From Chrysomallon squamiferum (Eukaryota > Animalia > Mollusca), in the NCBI GenBank assembly GCA_012295275.1, contig CM022677.1:6386001-6450000 (forward strand): DNA of 64,000 bases, written 5' to 3'. The notes under the pieces are model-generated. The model did no database searches and was not told where the DNA came from. It was given only the letters and a program-made list of their open reading frames with translations. The position numbers and the translations under genes are program-made. Positions within the stretch are counted from its first letter, which is position 1. The number at the start of each line of letters is the position of its first letter. Of this stretch, positions 29,551-42,700 are shown in pieces.

Positions 29551-29620
29551 TTAGCTCAGGTTAGAGTTAGGATTAGGATTAGTGTTAGGGTTAGGACTAG
29601 GGTAAGGGTTAGGTTTAGAC
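29551..29620 (+). repeat. Degenerate interstitial TTAGGG-like repeat
   Basis: ttagct cagg ttagag ttagga ttagga ttagtg ttaggg ttagga ctaggg taaggg ttaggt ttagac. Confidence 0.7.
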
Positions 29621-29889
29621 TATTTATTTATTTATTTATTACAACTGCTGATGCTGATGCTCCTATTACAACATCATAGTTTCTACTATCATCACCACGT
29701 TACATATTGCTGCTGATGTTTTTGGTGCTAATTATTTTGTATTAAAATCAAATTTAATTTTATAAAAAGTGTGCACTTTTTTACTGAAAACTATAAAAAT
29801 AATTCATTATATTTCTTAACACACACACACACACACACACACACACGGTGTGTAGTAGCAATAATCACTACTGCTGATACTCACGCACT

Positions 29890-29924
<35 letters not shown>

Positions 29925-30175
29925 TTCTATCTGTCACTGTTACTAGTTTTTTCAGTAATATAATAACAGTCGTAGGAGCAGAAGTAGCAATATTAGTAGC
30001 TAATTGATACTACTGGAGAATTACATATACTGCTACTAATAATAGCAATAACAATAACAATAATTATAATAATGACAACAACAATAATAATAATAAGAAG
30101 AAGAAGAAGCGAAAATAAGAATTTGTTTTTCACAGTTATACATATATAAATATAAAAATAATTTCTTGTTATTGG

Positions 30176-30220
<45 letters not shown>

Positions 30221-31534
30221 CTATTATTATTATTATTGCTATTATTATTATTGTTATTACTATTATTATTACTATTATTATTATTGCTATTATTATTATT
30301 GTTATTATTGTTATTATAAAAGATTTTATAACAGTTATAATTAAGATTACTCACAGCACTCTCAGTGTCTGTTTTGTTGGTGGTGAGGCTAAGGAAGATC
30401 ACTGTTGTGTTAGAACACACTGCCAAACACACAGCTCAGAAAGCCTGGGTTCCAAGATAAATTCTAAACCTAGCTAAAAAATAAATAAAAAAACAAAAAT
30501 AAAGGTGTTAATAATTAATGAAAATATAGAATACTAAATTATTCAGTAGGTTGTAATATTTAATAAAATAATAAAAAATTAATAATATTATATATCCAAT
30601 ATTATGTAATTCAGTATGATTATATTTTAAATAAATTAATAATAATATAAATAAATAAATATGATGGATAGATACATGCATACATTAGATAGATACACAG
30701 AAGATAGATAGAGAGATTTATAAATAAGTAAAAATAATCAACTGTCTACTAAAACTTGTTTTAAGAGCATTTTTATAAATTAAAACTATAAATAAATTTA
30801 GAATTATTTAAATAACTGATTCTTAAGCTATTTATATTCAGAATTATCAAAAGAGAACTACAGAAAGATTATATAATACTTTATAATACTATATAAGATT
30901 TTGTTATACTTCAAAAATAATTACAACTTTGACAATAATTGTTAAAAATCATAAAGAAAGAAAAAAGAAACTTGCTAATTAGAAACAAATAAGAAATGAT
31001 ATAAAGACACAAACTGACATACAGAAGGACAAACAGATAAGTGTATAGTAAGTACAGACATAGGTATATAGACTGATTCTCAGAAAGAAATACACACAGA
31101 CAAACAGATAAGTATATAGCAAGTAGAGACATAGGTATATAGACAGATTCTCAGAAAGAAATACATATTTATCTGAACATTTTAAAGGACAGTTATACAA
31201 ACAGAAAAGCAGAGAGAGATAGAAATAAAATAAATAAATAGAGAGGCAGACAGAAAGAGAAACAGATAGATAGACTAAGACATATTTACAGACATATTTA
31301 CCTGAATATTTTTTAAACAGAGGGCAGACCATGAAATTAAGAGAAATCATGGTTGCAAACATAAATACAACAAAATATAATAATAGTACAGACATACATA
31401 CACACAATAATAATAATAAAAACAAATATAATTCTTTAAACAAAATGAGAACAAAATTTTAAAAAAAGAAGTTAATATGATAAAAGAAAGAAAACTGAAG
31501 AACTAAAAGGAATAATATAGTATTTTTTAAGTGA

Positions 31535-32010
31535 TGTCAGGAAAAAAATAAGTAAATAACAAATAATGGTAACATAAAAGAATAAGCAGAAACTAGGAAA
31601 TGAAGAATAAGAAACAAAAAGAATGAAGAAGAAAATTAACATAAAAATCATTAAAATAAAAATGAAGACTTTAAAATATGAAGAAACAAAAAGAAAGAAG
31701 AATAAGAACTATGAACAGAAACTGGGAGACTAAGAATAGTAAGTAATATTGCTATCAATAAAATAACTAAAAAAAGATATAGACAAGAAGAACACACAAG
31801 GAAAAAAAGAAGATTTTGAAGAAATTACAATGTAAAAAAAAACAAGAAACAATAATCATTGTAAATAGGTTAAAAAAATAAACAATCAAATAACTTTAAA
31901 GAAAACACAAAAATTAAAACAAATATAAATAAACCCAGGAATAAGAAAAAACAAGAAGAAAAGAAGAAACAAGAAGACAGAAGATAGCAAACACACACAC
32001 ACACACACAC
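31535..32010 (+). repeat. Purine-rich dispersed repeat with an inverted copy at 53540-54063
   Basis: 'aataagcagaaactaggaaatgaagaataagaaacaaaaagaatgaagaagaaaa' (31581) is the reverse complement of 53970-54025; 'gaataagaactatgaacaga' pairs with 'tctgttcatagttcttattc'. Confidence 0.88.
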
Positions 32011-32913
32011 ACATGCTGCACAATAAAAATGAAAATTATCTGGTAATTTGTTTTTAATCAATCTTGATTTAAGTCGTTTTGTAAAGAAAGATTTATTTGG
32101 GATCATTTGTTATGTTCTGGCTCCCAAAACTGTTGCATATTATGAGATCTAAAATAATATTATGATGCTTGCTGAAGGATGAAGTTAGTGTCTTTATATC
32201 ACTTCATCTCAGAATTTTTGTTTATACATGGTAGACTTTTTTGATAGTAAAACTAATGACGTAATCGAGACCTGTTTTCAACTCACATGTGGCTTTGCAT
32301 CTGATAAAAAAAATTTAAATAATAAAATCAGACGGTTCAATAAGAACTATTCATTTATTAATATTATACATCACCAAAACAGATGAAAACGCATTACAGA
32401 ACACTCAATAATGGAAATAAGATCCTTTAAATTTTAATATTTATATCAATTTTCATTTTCATAAACAACAGAAATACAAATAAGCTTCTCTTTTTTCTTC
32501 TTCTTTTTTTTAGCACTGAAAGAATTTAATCAATTTTAAATTTGTATTTATTTATTTTCAGTATTTGTTTTTTCAATCACAAAATAAAAACAAAATATTT
32601 CTTGTTCTTTTTTAATTAACATTTTTCTTCTTTCTTTTTTGTTTCTTTCTTTCTTACTTAATATTACTTAAGTTTATACTAAATTTTCACTAATTATTAT
32701 TATAAGTTTATACTAAATTTCAAAGCAAAAAAAAAGATTATTTGTTGATTAATTAATAATAATTATTAGTAGTAGTTTTTAACAACAGCAAAAATGAAAA
32801 TGTATAAAAATATATCTGTTTTTCAAAAATGGAAAATATATTCATTTAAAAATCCACTTTCATTCTGAAAATGAACAGTAATGTATGTAGGTAGGTCACT
32901 GTGTCATGATATG

Positions 32914-33013
<100 letters not shown>

Positions 33014-33569
33014 CTTGTGGCGAGAGTGTACTTTTGTATGGGTTATAATGGACAGACAAACAGAAAGATACATATGGATTTTGAAAGTTGTTTTGCATGC
33101 AGGAGATGAGTGAGACAGAGAGACTCAGAGGTAGAGAGAGTTTGATACATTAAATGAAGCTGAATAAATTCATAAAAAATAAATATTATCTGTGAATATC
33201 ATGCAGTTCATCAGCTAGTTTATGTATATTATTCTAACACAAAACTGCAGTGATTAAAATGCTGAAGTGTTATCTTGATCTGAACTGAACTTTTATCACC
33301 TACAAATCTATGTTTAATAAAGTTAACAGATTTGAATCCTGAACGAGGAAGTGATCCAGCTGATAAAAAAAAGAAAAAAAGAACAAAATAATGCAGATAC
33401 TGCAACAGTAACACTAAAACTAATCAACTCTGTGTCATCTGATATATAAAGTTTTGACTGGTAGGAAACAGAGTTGTAAGGATTTACATCTGCTTCTTCC
33501 TGATCAATGGCAGTTTATAACATAATTACCACCAACTTGATGGCTGTGCATTTGGAAGGTACAGTTTTC

Positions 33570-36500
33570 AGGAATATCGAGGAATAATCGTAGACAGCCT
33601 GGGCTTCAAGATCTCCACAGATAACAAAAGACAAATTACACCACAGACAAGAGAAATTCCCAAAACACAAAACAACAGTGAACAAAAGAAACACGAAACA
33701 GTACCAACCATTTCAACACTCTTCACAACAAGCACACAATAACACAGACCTCTCCACTCTTCACAACAATCACACAATAACACAGACCTCTCCACTCTTC
33801 ACAACAAGCACACAATAACACAGACCTCTCCACTCTTCACAACATGCACACAATAACACAGGCCTCTCCACTCTTCACAACAAGCACACAATAACACAGA
33901 CCTCTCCACTCTTCACAACATGCACACAATAACACAGACCTCTCCACTCTTCACAACAAGCACACAATAACACAGACCTCTCCACTCTTCACAACATGCA
34001 CACAATAACACAGACCTCTCCACTCTTCACAACAAGTACACAATAACACAGACCTCTCCACTCTTCACAACAAGTACACAATAACACACCTCTCCACTCT
34101 TCACAAAAAGCACACAATAACACAGACCTCTCCACTCTTCACAACAAGTACACAATAACACAGGCCTCTCCACTCTTCACAACAAGCACACAATAACACA
34201 GACCTCTCCACTCTTCACAACAAGTACACAATACCTCTCCACTCTTCACAACAAGCACACAATAACACAGACCTCTCCACTCTTCACAACAAGCACACAA
34301 TAACACAGTCCTCTCCACTCTTCACAACAAACACACAGACCTCTCCACTCTTCACAACAAGCACACAATAACACAGACCTCTCCATTCTTCAGCTAAACA
34401 CCTCCACTCAGCAGACCACGGAGACAAACTCGTACACTTCCTGGTCTCCCCTCAAAACACACAAGACAAGAAACATGGCTAGGACACTACAACAAAAACA
34501 ACAAAACCTCAAAAAGCTTTAAGGTCCCCGGGTATCAAAGTCACTAAGTCAACAGATTCAACAGCACCCGGGCAGGCATCATGACACTCATCAAACAAAA
34601 CATTCCACACACCAAGCTGACCCAAGGCAAAGTCCACACCAACATAGAAATACTAAGCATCACAGTACACAACAACAATCAAAACATCCATATAATTAAC
34701 ATATACAGCCCACCCACTCCTGCACTACACACCATGCAAACCCACGACTTAAACAAAATGATAACAACAAACAACAAGCTCATTAAACTGGGCAATTTCA
34801 ACTGTCACAACACCTTATGGGGTGGCTCAACAGACGACAGTCCTGGAAAAGTCCTTGAATATTTCATAGAGCAAAACCAGCTGGTCTGTCTGAACGATGG
34901 AACATTCACATACACCAGTGACATCAATGGTGGCCAATCTGCCATTGATCTAACATTCACAAAGTAAGGACATCACAGTGCTCTGTGAATGGCAAGTGCT
35001 CAGTGAAACAAACAGCGACCATCACCAAATACTCACCAACTACAACAGCAAGAACACTTTCTCAGAAAGATCCAATTTCACATCCAAATGGAACTTCAAC
35101 AAAGGGGGCTGGGAAGGCTTTTATAAAGCATGCAGAAACATCACCACACAGAACCCCAGCCATATCGACACCTACTGCACATCGCTCACCAGCACTCCAC
35201 TGCAAACACATTCACGCCCAAAACCAGACAATGCACCAGCAAAATATGCGGAATGCATAGAAAAGAAATGCAAAGAAAGAAACAAATTCAGAAGACAATA
35301 CAAAAAAGACAGAAATTATTCAAGACGAAAAATAAAAAATAGCAAACAAAGAAGTTTCCAATCTAATTCTCAGTGCAAAACAAGAACACTGGGAACTCTT
35401 TTGCAACAACATCGACCACAAAATATGAGTCAAAGACATGTAGGCCAAAGTGAAAAACATCCAAGGCAAAAAAAAAACACAGATTCAACACTCTCAGCAA
35501 AAACAACATTACATTCACTGACAAACAAAAAGCAGACCTACTCAGCGAAACTTTCACCAAGTCCAGCAGTAATTCGAACTTCCCACTGAAATTCACAAAG
35601 AAACCACTGGACAACCCAACAATCAACCAACATTCTGCAGACACAGAACACTTGAAATACAATCAACTCTTCAACATCAACAAATTAAAACATACACAAA
35701 AACAAGAAAAGTAAAGCCACAGGGCCAGATAAAATAAGCTACACAATACTACAACACCTACAGATGAAACACAACTCATCGTACTCGACCTATACAACAC
35801 AATATGCACAACAGGCAAGATTCCAAGACACTGGAAACACGCCGAATGTTTCAGCTTGCCCAAACCACACAAAGATCACTCACTACCCAACAGCTACAGA
35901 CCGATCACACTGACGTCACACATGTGCAAAACACTGGAAACAATGATCAACACACGCCTGAGTCAGCATCTAAACAACAACAATTTAATCAGCAAATATC
36001 AAAGCGGCTTCAGGAAGAAACACAGCACAAACAACCAGATCAGCTGTCTACATATACAACATAATTGCATCCTGCAAAAAAACACTCAATCTTCTAAAGC
36101 TAATTTCCAGAACCAGTTAGGGAGAAAATGAGTCAATGCTAATTCTGATATACAAAGCATGTATTCTCTCCAAGCTCGACTACGGAGCCACAGCTTACTT
36201 GAATACTCCCAAACACTCTTTAACAAAAACTAGACGTAATTCAATCCAGTGCCCTCAGAGTGATCAGCCACCTGCCAAACACAACACCACCCGACAACAA
36301 ACACACAGTCATACTCTCAGACAGCCTAAGTTCCGTCATCTCAATACAATCCGGACATTCCAGCAGACCAGACCAACTCAGCAGACCTACAACATCTACA
36401 CGAGGACATACAACACAACAACAAACAACTAATCATCAAGTGGCTCCCAGCACGTCAGCATCATTGGCAATTAACTTGCCGACCATTACACCAAAGAATC

Positions 36501-37000
36501 ACTCAGCATTAAAGCCGAAGACATCTGCACAGACATACACTACAGGAATAAATGAAATTCTCTCCATTGTAGCCAAACATTATGACAAACAGTGGCAAAA
36601 CGAATGGAACAACACCAAAAACAAATGGCACTTGAACATCAAACCACTCACCAAAACACCCAAAATTACAGTATCCAACAAACTACACAACAACAATCTC
36701 ACCATAGCCAGAACTGGTTACCCAATTTAAATGCAATCCCGATACAAATATCACAAACACCACATCACCCAACTGCAGCTGTGGACTCTCTGAAACCATG
36801 AAACAGTACTTGTTTCACTGTCAAAATTTCACCAAGGAAAGACAAGCACTATGCAACACATTGGAGGAACTAAAAATTGAGTTCACGCTCCAAAACATTT
36901 TGACACCAAACACGAAAGAGAGTTAGTCCTCACTGCAGTAACAACATACATTCTGAACACAAAACACAGACTTTAGACTCTTTTCATTTTTTTTTTCTTC
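33570..37000 (+). mobile_element. Decayed, internally deleted I-clade LINE (APE endonuclease, partial RT, RNase H, C-terminal Cys/His motif)
   Basis: APE: IINIYSPP, LGNFNCHNTLWG, LNDGTFTY, SAIDLTF, SDHHQI. RT N-part: KATGPDKISY, IPRHWK, SYRPITLTSHMCKTLETMINTRL, QSGFRK. The RT core (YADD) is deleted. Then YKACILSKLDYG; RNase H VILSDSLS and GN*LAD; terminal CSCG..ETMKQYLFHC. Confidence 0.92.
33718..34390. repeat. Minisatellite, 38-bp unit x about 17-18, inside the 5' part of the LINE
   Basis: 'cacaataacacagacctctccactcttcacaacaagca' repeated in tandem with few variants. Confidence 0.95.
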
Positions 37001-37219
37001 TTTTTTGACACAAAAAACAAACAACAATTGAATGAATTTATTGACTTACAGATTGATTGGTTGAACAGGTGATTGATCTATGGATGGATCGGCTGACTGA
37101 CAGATCAACTTAAATAGCCAATTAAATTAATAATTAAAAACAAAATTATATGTACTATATGTACTTACATTCAGACCATACTAACCCAGTTATTGTTGTT
37201 TTTTTTTGTTTTTAAATGT

Positions 37220-39735
37220 ACATAATAAATGACTAGCAGACCTTCAATAAGCTAGACCAGTGCCGGAAACAACAAGGAGCAGATAACTTGAATGAAACAC
37301 CGGAACCAACTCATTACGATCTGATATGCTGGACACTCCCTTTTGTCCTGCAATTGTAACGAGAACCCACTCTCTTTCCTTACCCAAAACTCTTTTGTGC
37401 AACCTGTCAGAAAGCATGCCTGTCGTAGATGTGCTAGCTCTGATTAATTTTTTTCAAGTTCAAGTTCAAGTTCACTTATATCTGAGTTATCTGAAAGGTC
37501 TTCCAACCTGGTCAAGAAAATCCTCTGAAATGCTGGATCCAAAGTTTGTGCTGGTGGTATGATAGGTATATTTAAACAACTATCTGTTTTATGTATGAGT
37601 CACTGTTTCCTACTATTTGTTCAAGATCAGGCAATTTTGTGGATTTTGTACATTCCCCTTTTTTTAGCCAAATTTATCTAAATAAACAAATATAGAAAGA
37701 AATATTAATAAAATAAAAATAAAATAACAATAAATAAAAAATAAGCATCACGTTTATCATTCTAAATCTTAAATAACTAATGTTTAAATAACTATTTTTT
37801 ACCTATTCCAGGCTAGGAGGATATGATTAATTTCACAATAAAATCTTTGGGACGAAATATCTTAGTCATGGAAAATTATTATAAATTATCAATGAATTAT
37901 ACTTTAACAATGTTTTATTACTGACTGGATATGATGGTAACATTCAGAAGAAGCAAAAATAACTTTTAAAAAAGACTAAATCATTTACCTGCAGCAAACC
38001 TTACAATTAATGAGTTAAGATCTTGATTAAAAATATAATTTTTGTAACTGTTCATTACAGAGAACAAAATAAAGAGAATTCTACCATTTTAACTAACACT
38101 CTGTGAAATAAATATTGCCATCAAATTATTAATAGTGGCTCTTGTTTTATAACTTACAGAAAAACATAAAAAGGTCACCCAAGTAATATTTTAACATATC
38201 AGTCACCGAAATGGAACTTTGATAGCATTTGGTGACTGGCCATTACAAGCCCTGCATTCATATGTACATATGTACTTAAACACATTACTATTATTTATTA
38301 TTATAAAACATATTGATACCATTTACTTCAGAATATGTTTCTCCTTTATTGACTTGCTCTGACTGGCTAGTAAGAGTATCAGAAGAATTTGTCATCTTCA
38401 GGTCTTTTTTGTCATCTTGAACTTCTACAATGATCTAGCAGACTGTTTTGGCAGGCTTCCCGGCTACTAATAATTATTTATGATGAGCCTAAAATTGTGA
38501 CAGAAATATATCTCATAGAGAAAAAACTAAAACATAATTCATAAATAAAAATTAAAGAAAGGCTTTTAATCCCAAATCTAAACTAATTGCTTCTGCTAGT
38601 TAGATGCTTCAATAAAATGAAAGTCACATCTATAGCTGATGGATGCTATTAATTTAAATATTATGATAAACATGCAGAAAAGTTTTGAATGCCAGTATTT
38701 TAAAAAATAAATATATAAATAAATAAAATATCAAAAATAATTTAAAATTAAATATATATAAAAAGATAAAAAGTTAAAAGAAATAACAGTAAAGGAAACA
38801 TCAAAAATAAAAAAAGAAGGCAAATTTAAAGTAATAGAAAATCAAAACATCTGCCTAAAAACTTGTAATTTTAAACTTTTATTTGAGTAAAACATAACAA
38901 ATAATGTATTTTCTAATAACCTAACAAAATGAACTATAAGTATTATATCCAAACTGATTAAAAAATACAAAAATAGAAGAGTTCCAAAATTAATAGATTA
39001 TTTATATTTTAGTTACATTGAAAATAAATTTCAACTTTAGAAACAAACAAAACACAAAATTGATAATACTCTGTCAAAATTTGTCAAAAATAATATTAAT
39101 TTATTGATGTTTAAGTATCATTTCTATGAAATCTATGGAAAAATAAATATATATATTCAAAATAGCTAACCTGAAATATATTTTATTTGATATATTTATC
39201 TAATTATATAAATGTAAAACAACTTCCAAAAAGATATAACTTGGAATTAATCAAACAATTACATTTTCTTCGATATATTATTATAAAATTAATTTATAGT
39301 GAAAACTAAAATGTAAGCAAGTACGACAAAGTAATATTTATTTCTTTATTAAATTTAATTATTAGTCTTAATAAAAAGACTATCCAAATTAAGGCAAACA
39401 ACAGTGCTTGAGCTATATTTGAAGAGTTAGATATCTTGATAAAATTAAAATTCTATATTCTTGCTGGAACTTTTTTTAAATTTCATCATATTTTATTATA
39501 CTGTAATCTATATAATATTTATGCTGACATCTGTTTTAAAAAGATTATTTTATTAGGATTTGCTATGCTTGTATAAGTCATAACTTTTATAAACTGTTAA
39601 GGTTTATTATAACAAAAAAGTACAGAAGTTAGTAAAGTTTTAAATTTATTTATAAAAATATATATTTCCTTAATTGTTAGAATCATCATTGAGTGTTAAA
39701 AAACTATATGTATAAAAATAATTTTGTCTTAACCC

Positions 39736-39766
<31 letters not shown>

Positions 39767-42700
39767 TTAAATTAACATTAGCATAATCACCACCATTATT
39801 ATGATAATAATTTCTGCTTAGATGCTCATTACTAAGAACTGACAGGTAATAATAGGAAAAGATTGTTCACCTTTTGTTAATCTCCTTGACATCTCCTGAG
39901 CTTTTCCAAATGATGCAGTTGTTGCATAACCCTGTAGGAAAAAAAATAACAAAACAAAACATGAAATTACATTCCTTTATAAAATGATGTGATCAACATT
40001 TCATATTTAAAATGATTATACACAGATAAAAGCTGAAGATAACCTTAACATATTAACTAAGATGTTTGTTGGGGTTTTTTAAACATTTTCTCTACTAACT
40101 GTTAAATTCATCATCTATAAATATAATCATAAAACAGCTATATTGTTGATAAGAAAACAGGAGAGTGAGAATAAATAAATATATAATGTGTAATCCACCA
40201 GACTGCTAGTTAATATTCTCAGTGATACCAATGTGTGAAGTCAACACAGAAAGTGAAGGTGTGTTTGTTATTGATCTAAAAAGTTAACAAATCTTCTGAA
40301 TGCTCTCAATGATTAAGTTTTAAATATCTAAGAACAGTTTGATATAAAAAGAAATAAACTGTCAACAGTTAAAATGCATATTAATAATACAAAACAAATA
40401 ACTAAAAACACCAAATCCACAACAGCAACTATGTTACTTCTGGAGGTATCTAATAAAACAAAATAAAAAAACAGCAACATTTTAGCCAAGAAACTGCCTA
40501 CACAATCCATTAAGAAAAAATAAAGGAAAAAAGAAGAAAAGAAACATTTATCTAATTATCAGCTACAATTTGTTACACAAATGAAACTTAAGTATAAAAA
40601 CAGATCTCTTGTTGGTCTTTATCCATCCAAAAAAGAAAAACAATACATTTTTCTCCTGTATCATTACATCCATACGAAACGTAATTAAAACTTTACTTAC
40701 CTTTTCACCATTTTCTGCAGTTTCAGCAGGCTTATTGTCATTCATTCTGAAAGACAAATGAACAGGGTAATAAATCTAATAAGCAGGTAATTTTAAATTA
40801 CTAAGAATTACTAAGAAATGTATTTAAAATAATTTTAAAAGTAATATTAAAAGAAATAATCATTAACACAAACTAAAGTGTGTCAAAAATGCATAAACTT
40901 GTGTTGTTTTCAATAAACACTTTCTCCCTAGCTAGCAAAAAATATGTGTTTATAGGTGTGTGTATATAAAAACAAAGCAAAAAAACATTACTGTATTTGA
41001 TATTTAAATACAACATATTCTTTTGATGGTTTAAAAAAATTATAATTGGGATAAAAAAGTATGGCTGTATATGTATTATAATCTGGCATTTAGAAATAAA
41101 GAAATGAAATTCAATTTAACAAAAAAGGTTGATAAAATTATATGTAATACACTTGTTTTTGCTCCAATGAGTGGCAATAAAAACATTTTTTAGTTGTTTT
41201 TCCTAAAAGCTTATTGAAATGACAATGTTTCCCATCAATGCAACAACTATCACACAGCAGTGGAACTGACCTTAAACCTGTAGAGTCACAAAGATCAACA
41301 TTCAAATACTACAGAAAGTTTCTACACCAATATTTGCTACTCCTGGAATAACCATTAAATAATTATAGAAACACTATTAAAACCTGTAACTATGAAGTTG
41401 TTGTTTATATTTTAAAATGAAGACAAACATTAAAGAAAGAAAGAAAACAGAGAAAAATTATTTTTAGCATATTTGAAGTCATGTTAAAAAAGCTTAATAT
41501 TGTATGATGACAAAAGCTTCTTAACTTAATTTTTTAATTTCTATTTTACATTATAAACTTTTCAGACAATATAAACTATCACAACTGTTTAAGAAAATTG
41601 TGTAAAATCTTTATTAACTGGAAATTTATCTAATTCCAAAAACTGGCTTTATAATGGTGCAAATAAATCAGGAAATTAAAATAAAAATTAGCAAAACTAT
41701 AATAGAGATAAAATAATAATACTAATAATACTAATAATAATAATAAAGAAAAAGAAAACAAAGAAAGGTTGATAATTTTATTGATTCTGTGAAAAGTTTC
41801 ATGTTATTCAAGAGTGTGCCTAGAAACATAAATTACTTAGGAAAACAAAAAAGGGACAGATGCAGAAAAAGAATATCAATTTTAAGGATTACATTCTGTT
41901 AGAAATATAAAAATACCACAACATTTAGTGCAAAACTACTTAAAATTCTATAAATAAAAATAAGAGGAATTTTGAAGACCAAATTATTCCTAGGAAAAAC
42001 ATACTTAAAATATCAATAAAATTCCATTTTAATTAACACACTACTTTGCATTTGAAACTAAATTATACCTTAAAATTAACATATCTAAATTTAAAGTCTT
42101 ACCTGCTGTCTTACTCTGGTATTTATTATTTGCTATCGCAGCTTTAAAACTGTAGCATTTTATGCCAGAAGATGAATCTGTTTCTTCTTTGTCACCACAG
42201 TTCAAGTGCTGCTCTCATCTCATATCCTGAACAGTGCTTTGATGATAGCTTGTGAGTATTCCATTATGTTGGTACTGCTGCAGGTAGTAAGGTTTACATT
42301 ATGATCCAGTCCAGACTGACACCTCTGACGGGTCAGGACAGGGTACAATATGGCGGAAGTTTACTGACATCAGACACTGACTGATTCAAGTCAAATGAAA
42401 GGTGGTTTAAGCTTTTTCACTTTTTCTTGACCTTGGATAATTTCTATCACCTGAAATTAACATTAAAAGATTAATGTTTATTAGCCACAGGTTTCTGGGG
42501 TTAAAATATGTTAAAATATGTTAACTCGAGACATTTTTCATTATGAATTTTCTTCTATTTGTCAACAAAGCTATCAATCTGTAATGGCAACAGTGAAAAC
42601 AATGTACTTTATGTATCTATATTATGATAATTTACAAAGAATTCAAATTTTAAAAAAAATGTCATTAAAGTATATATATGAATGGGTTGGAATGACTTAG

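Noticed and set aside
42390-42450. KVKKLKPPFI*LES as the DBF4 motif M
   Set aside because: It is a short match only. No Dbf4 zinc finger (GYCECC) is present, and surrounding exons fit C12orf4 better and in order.
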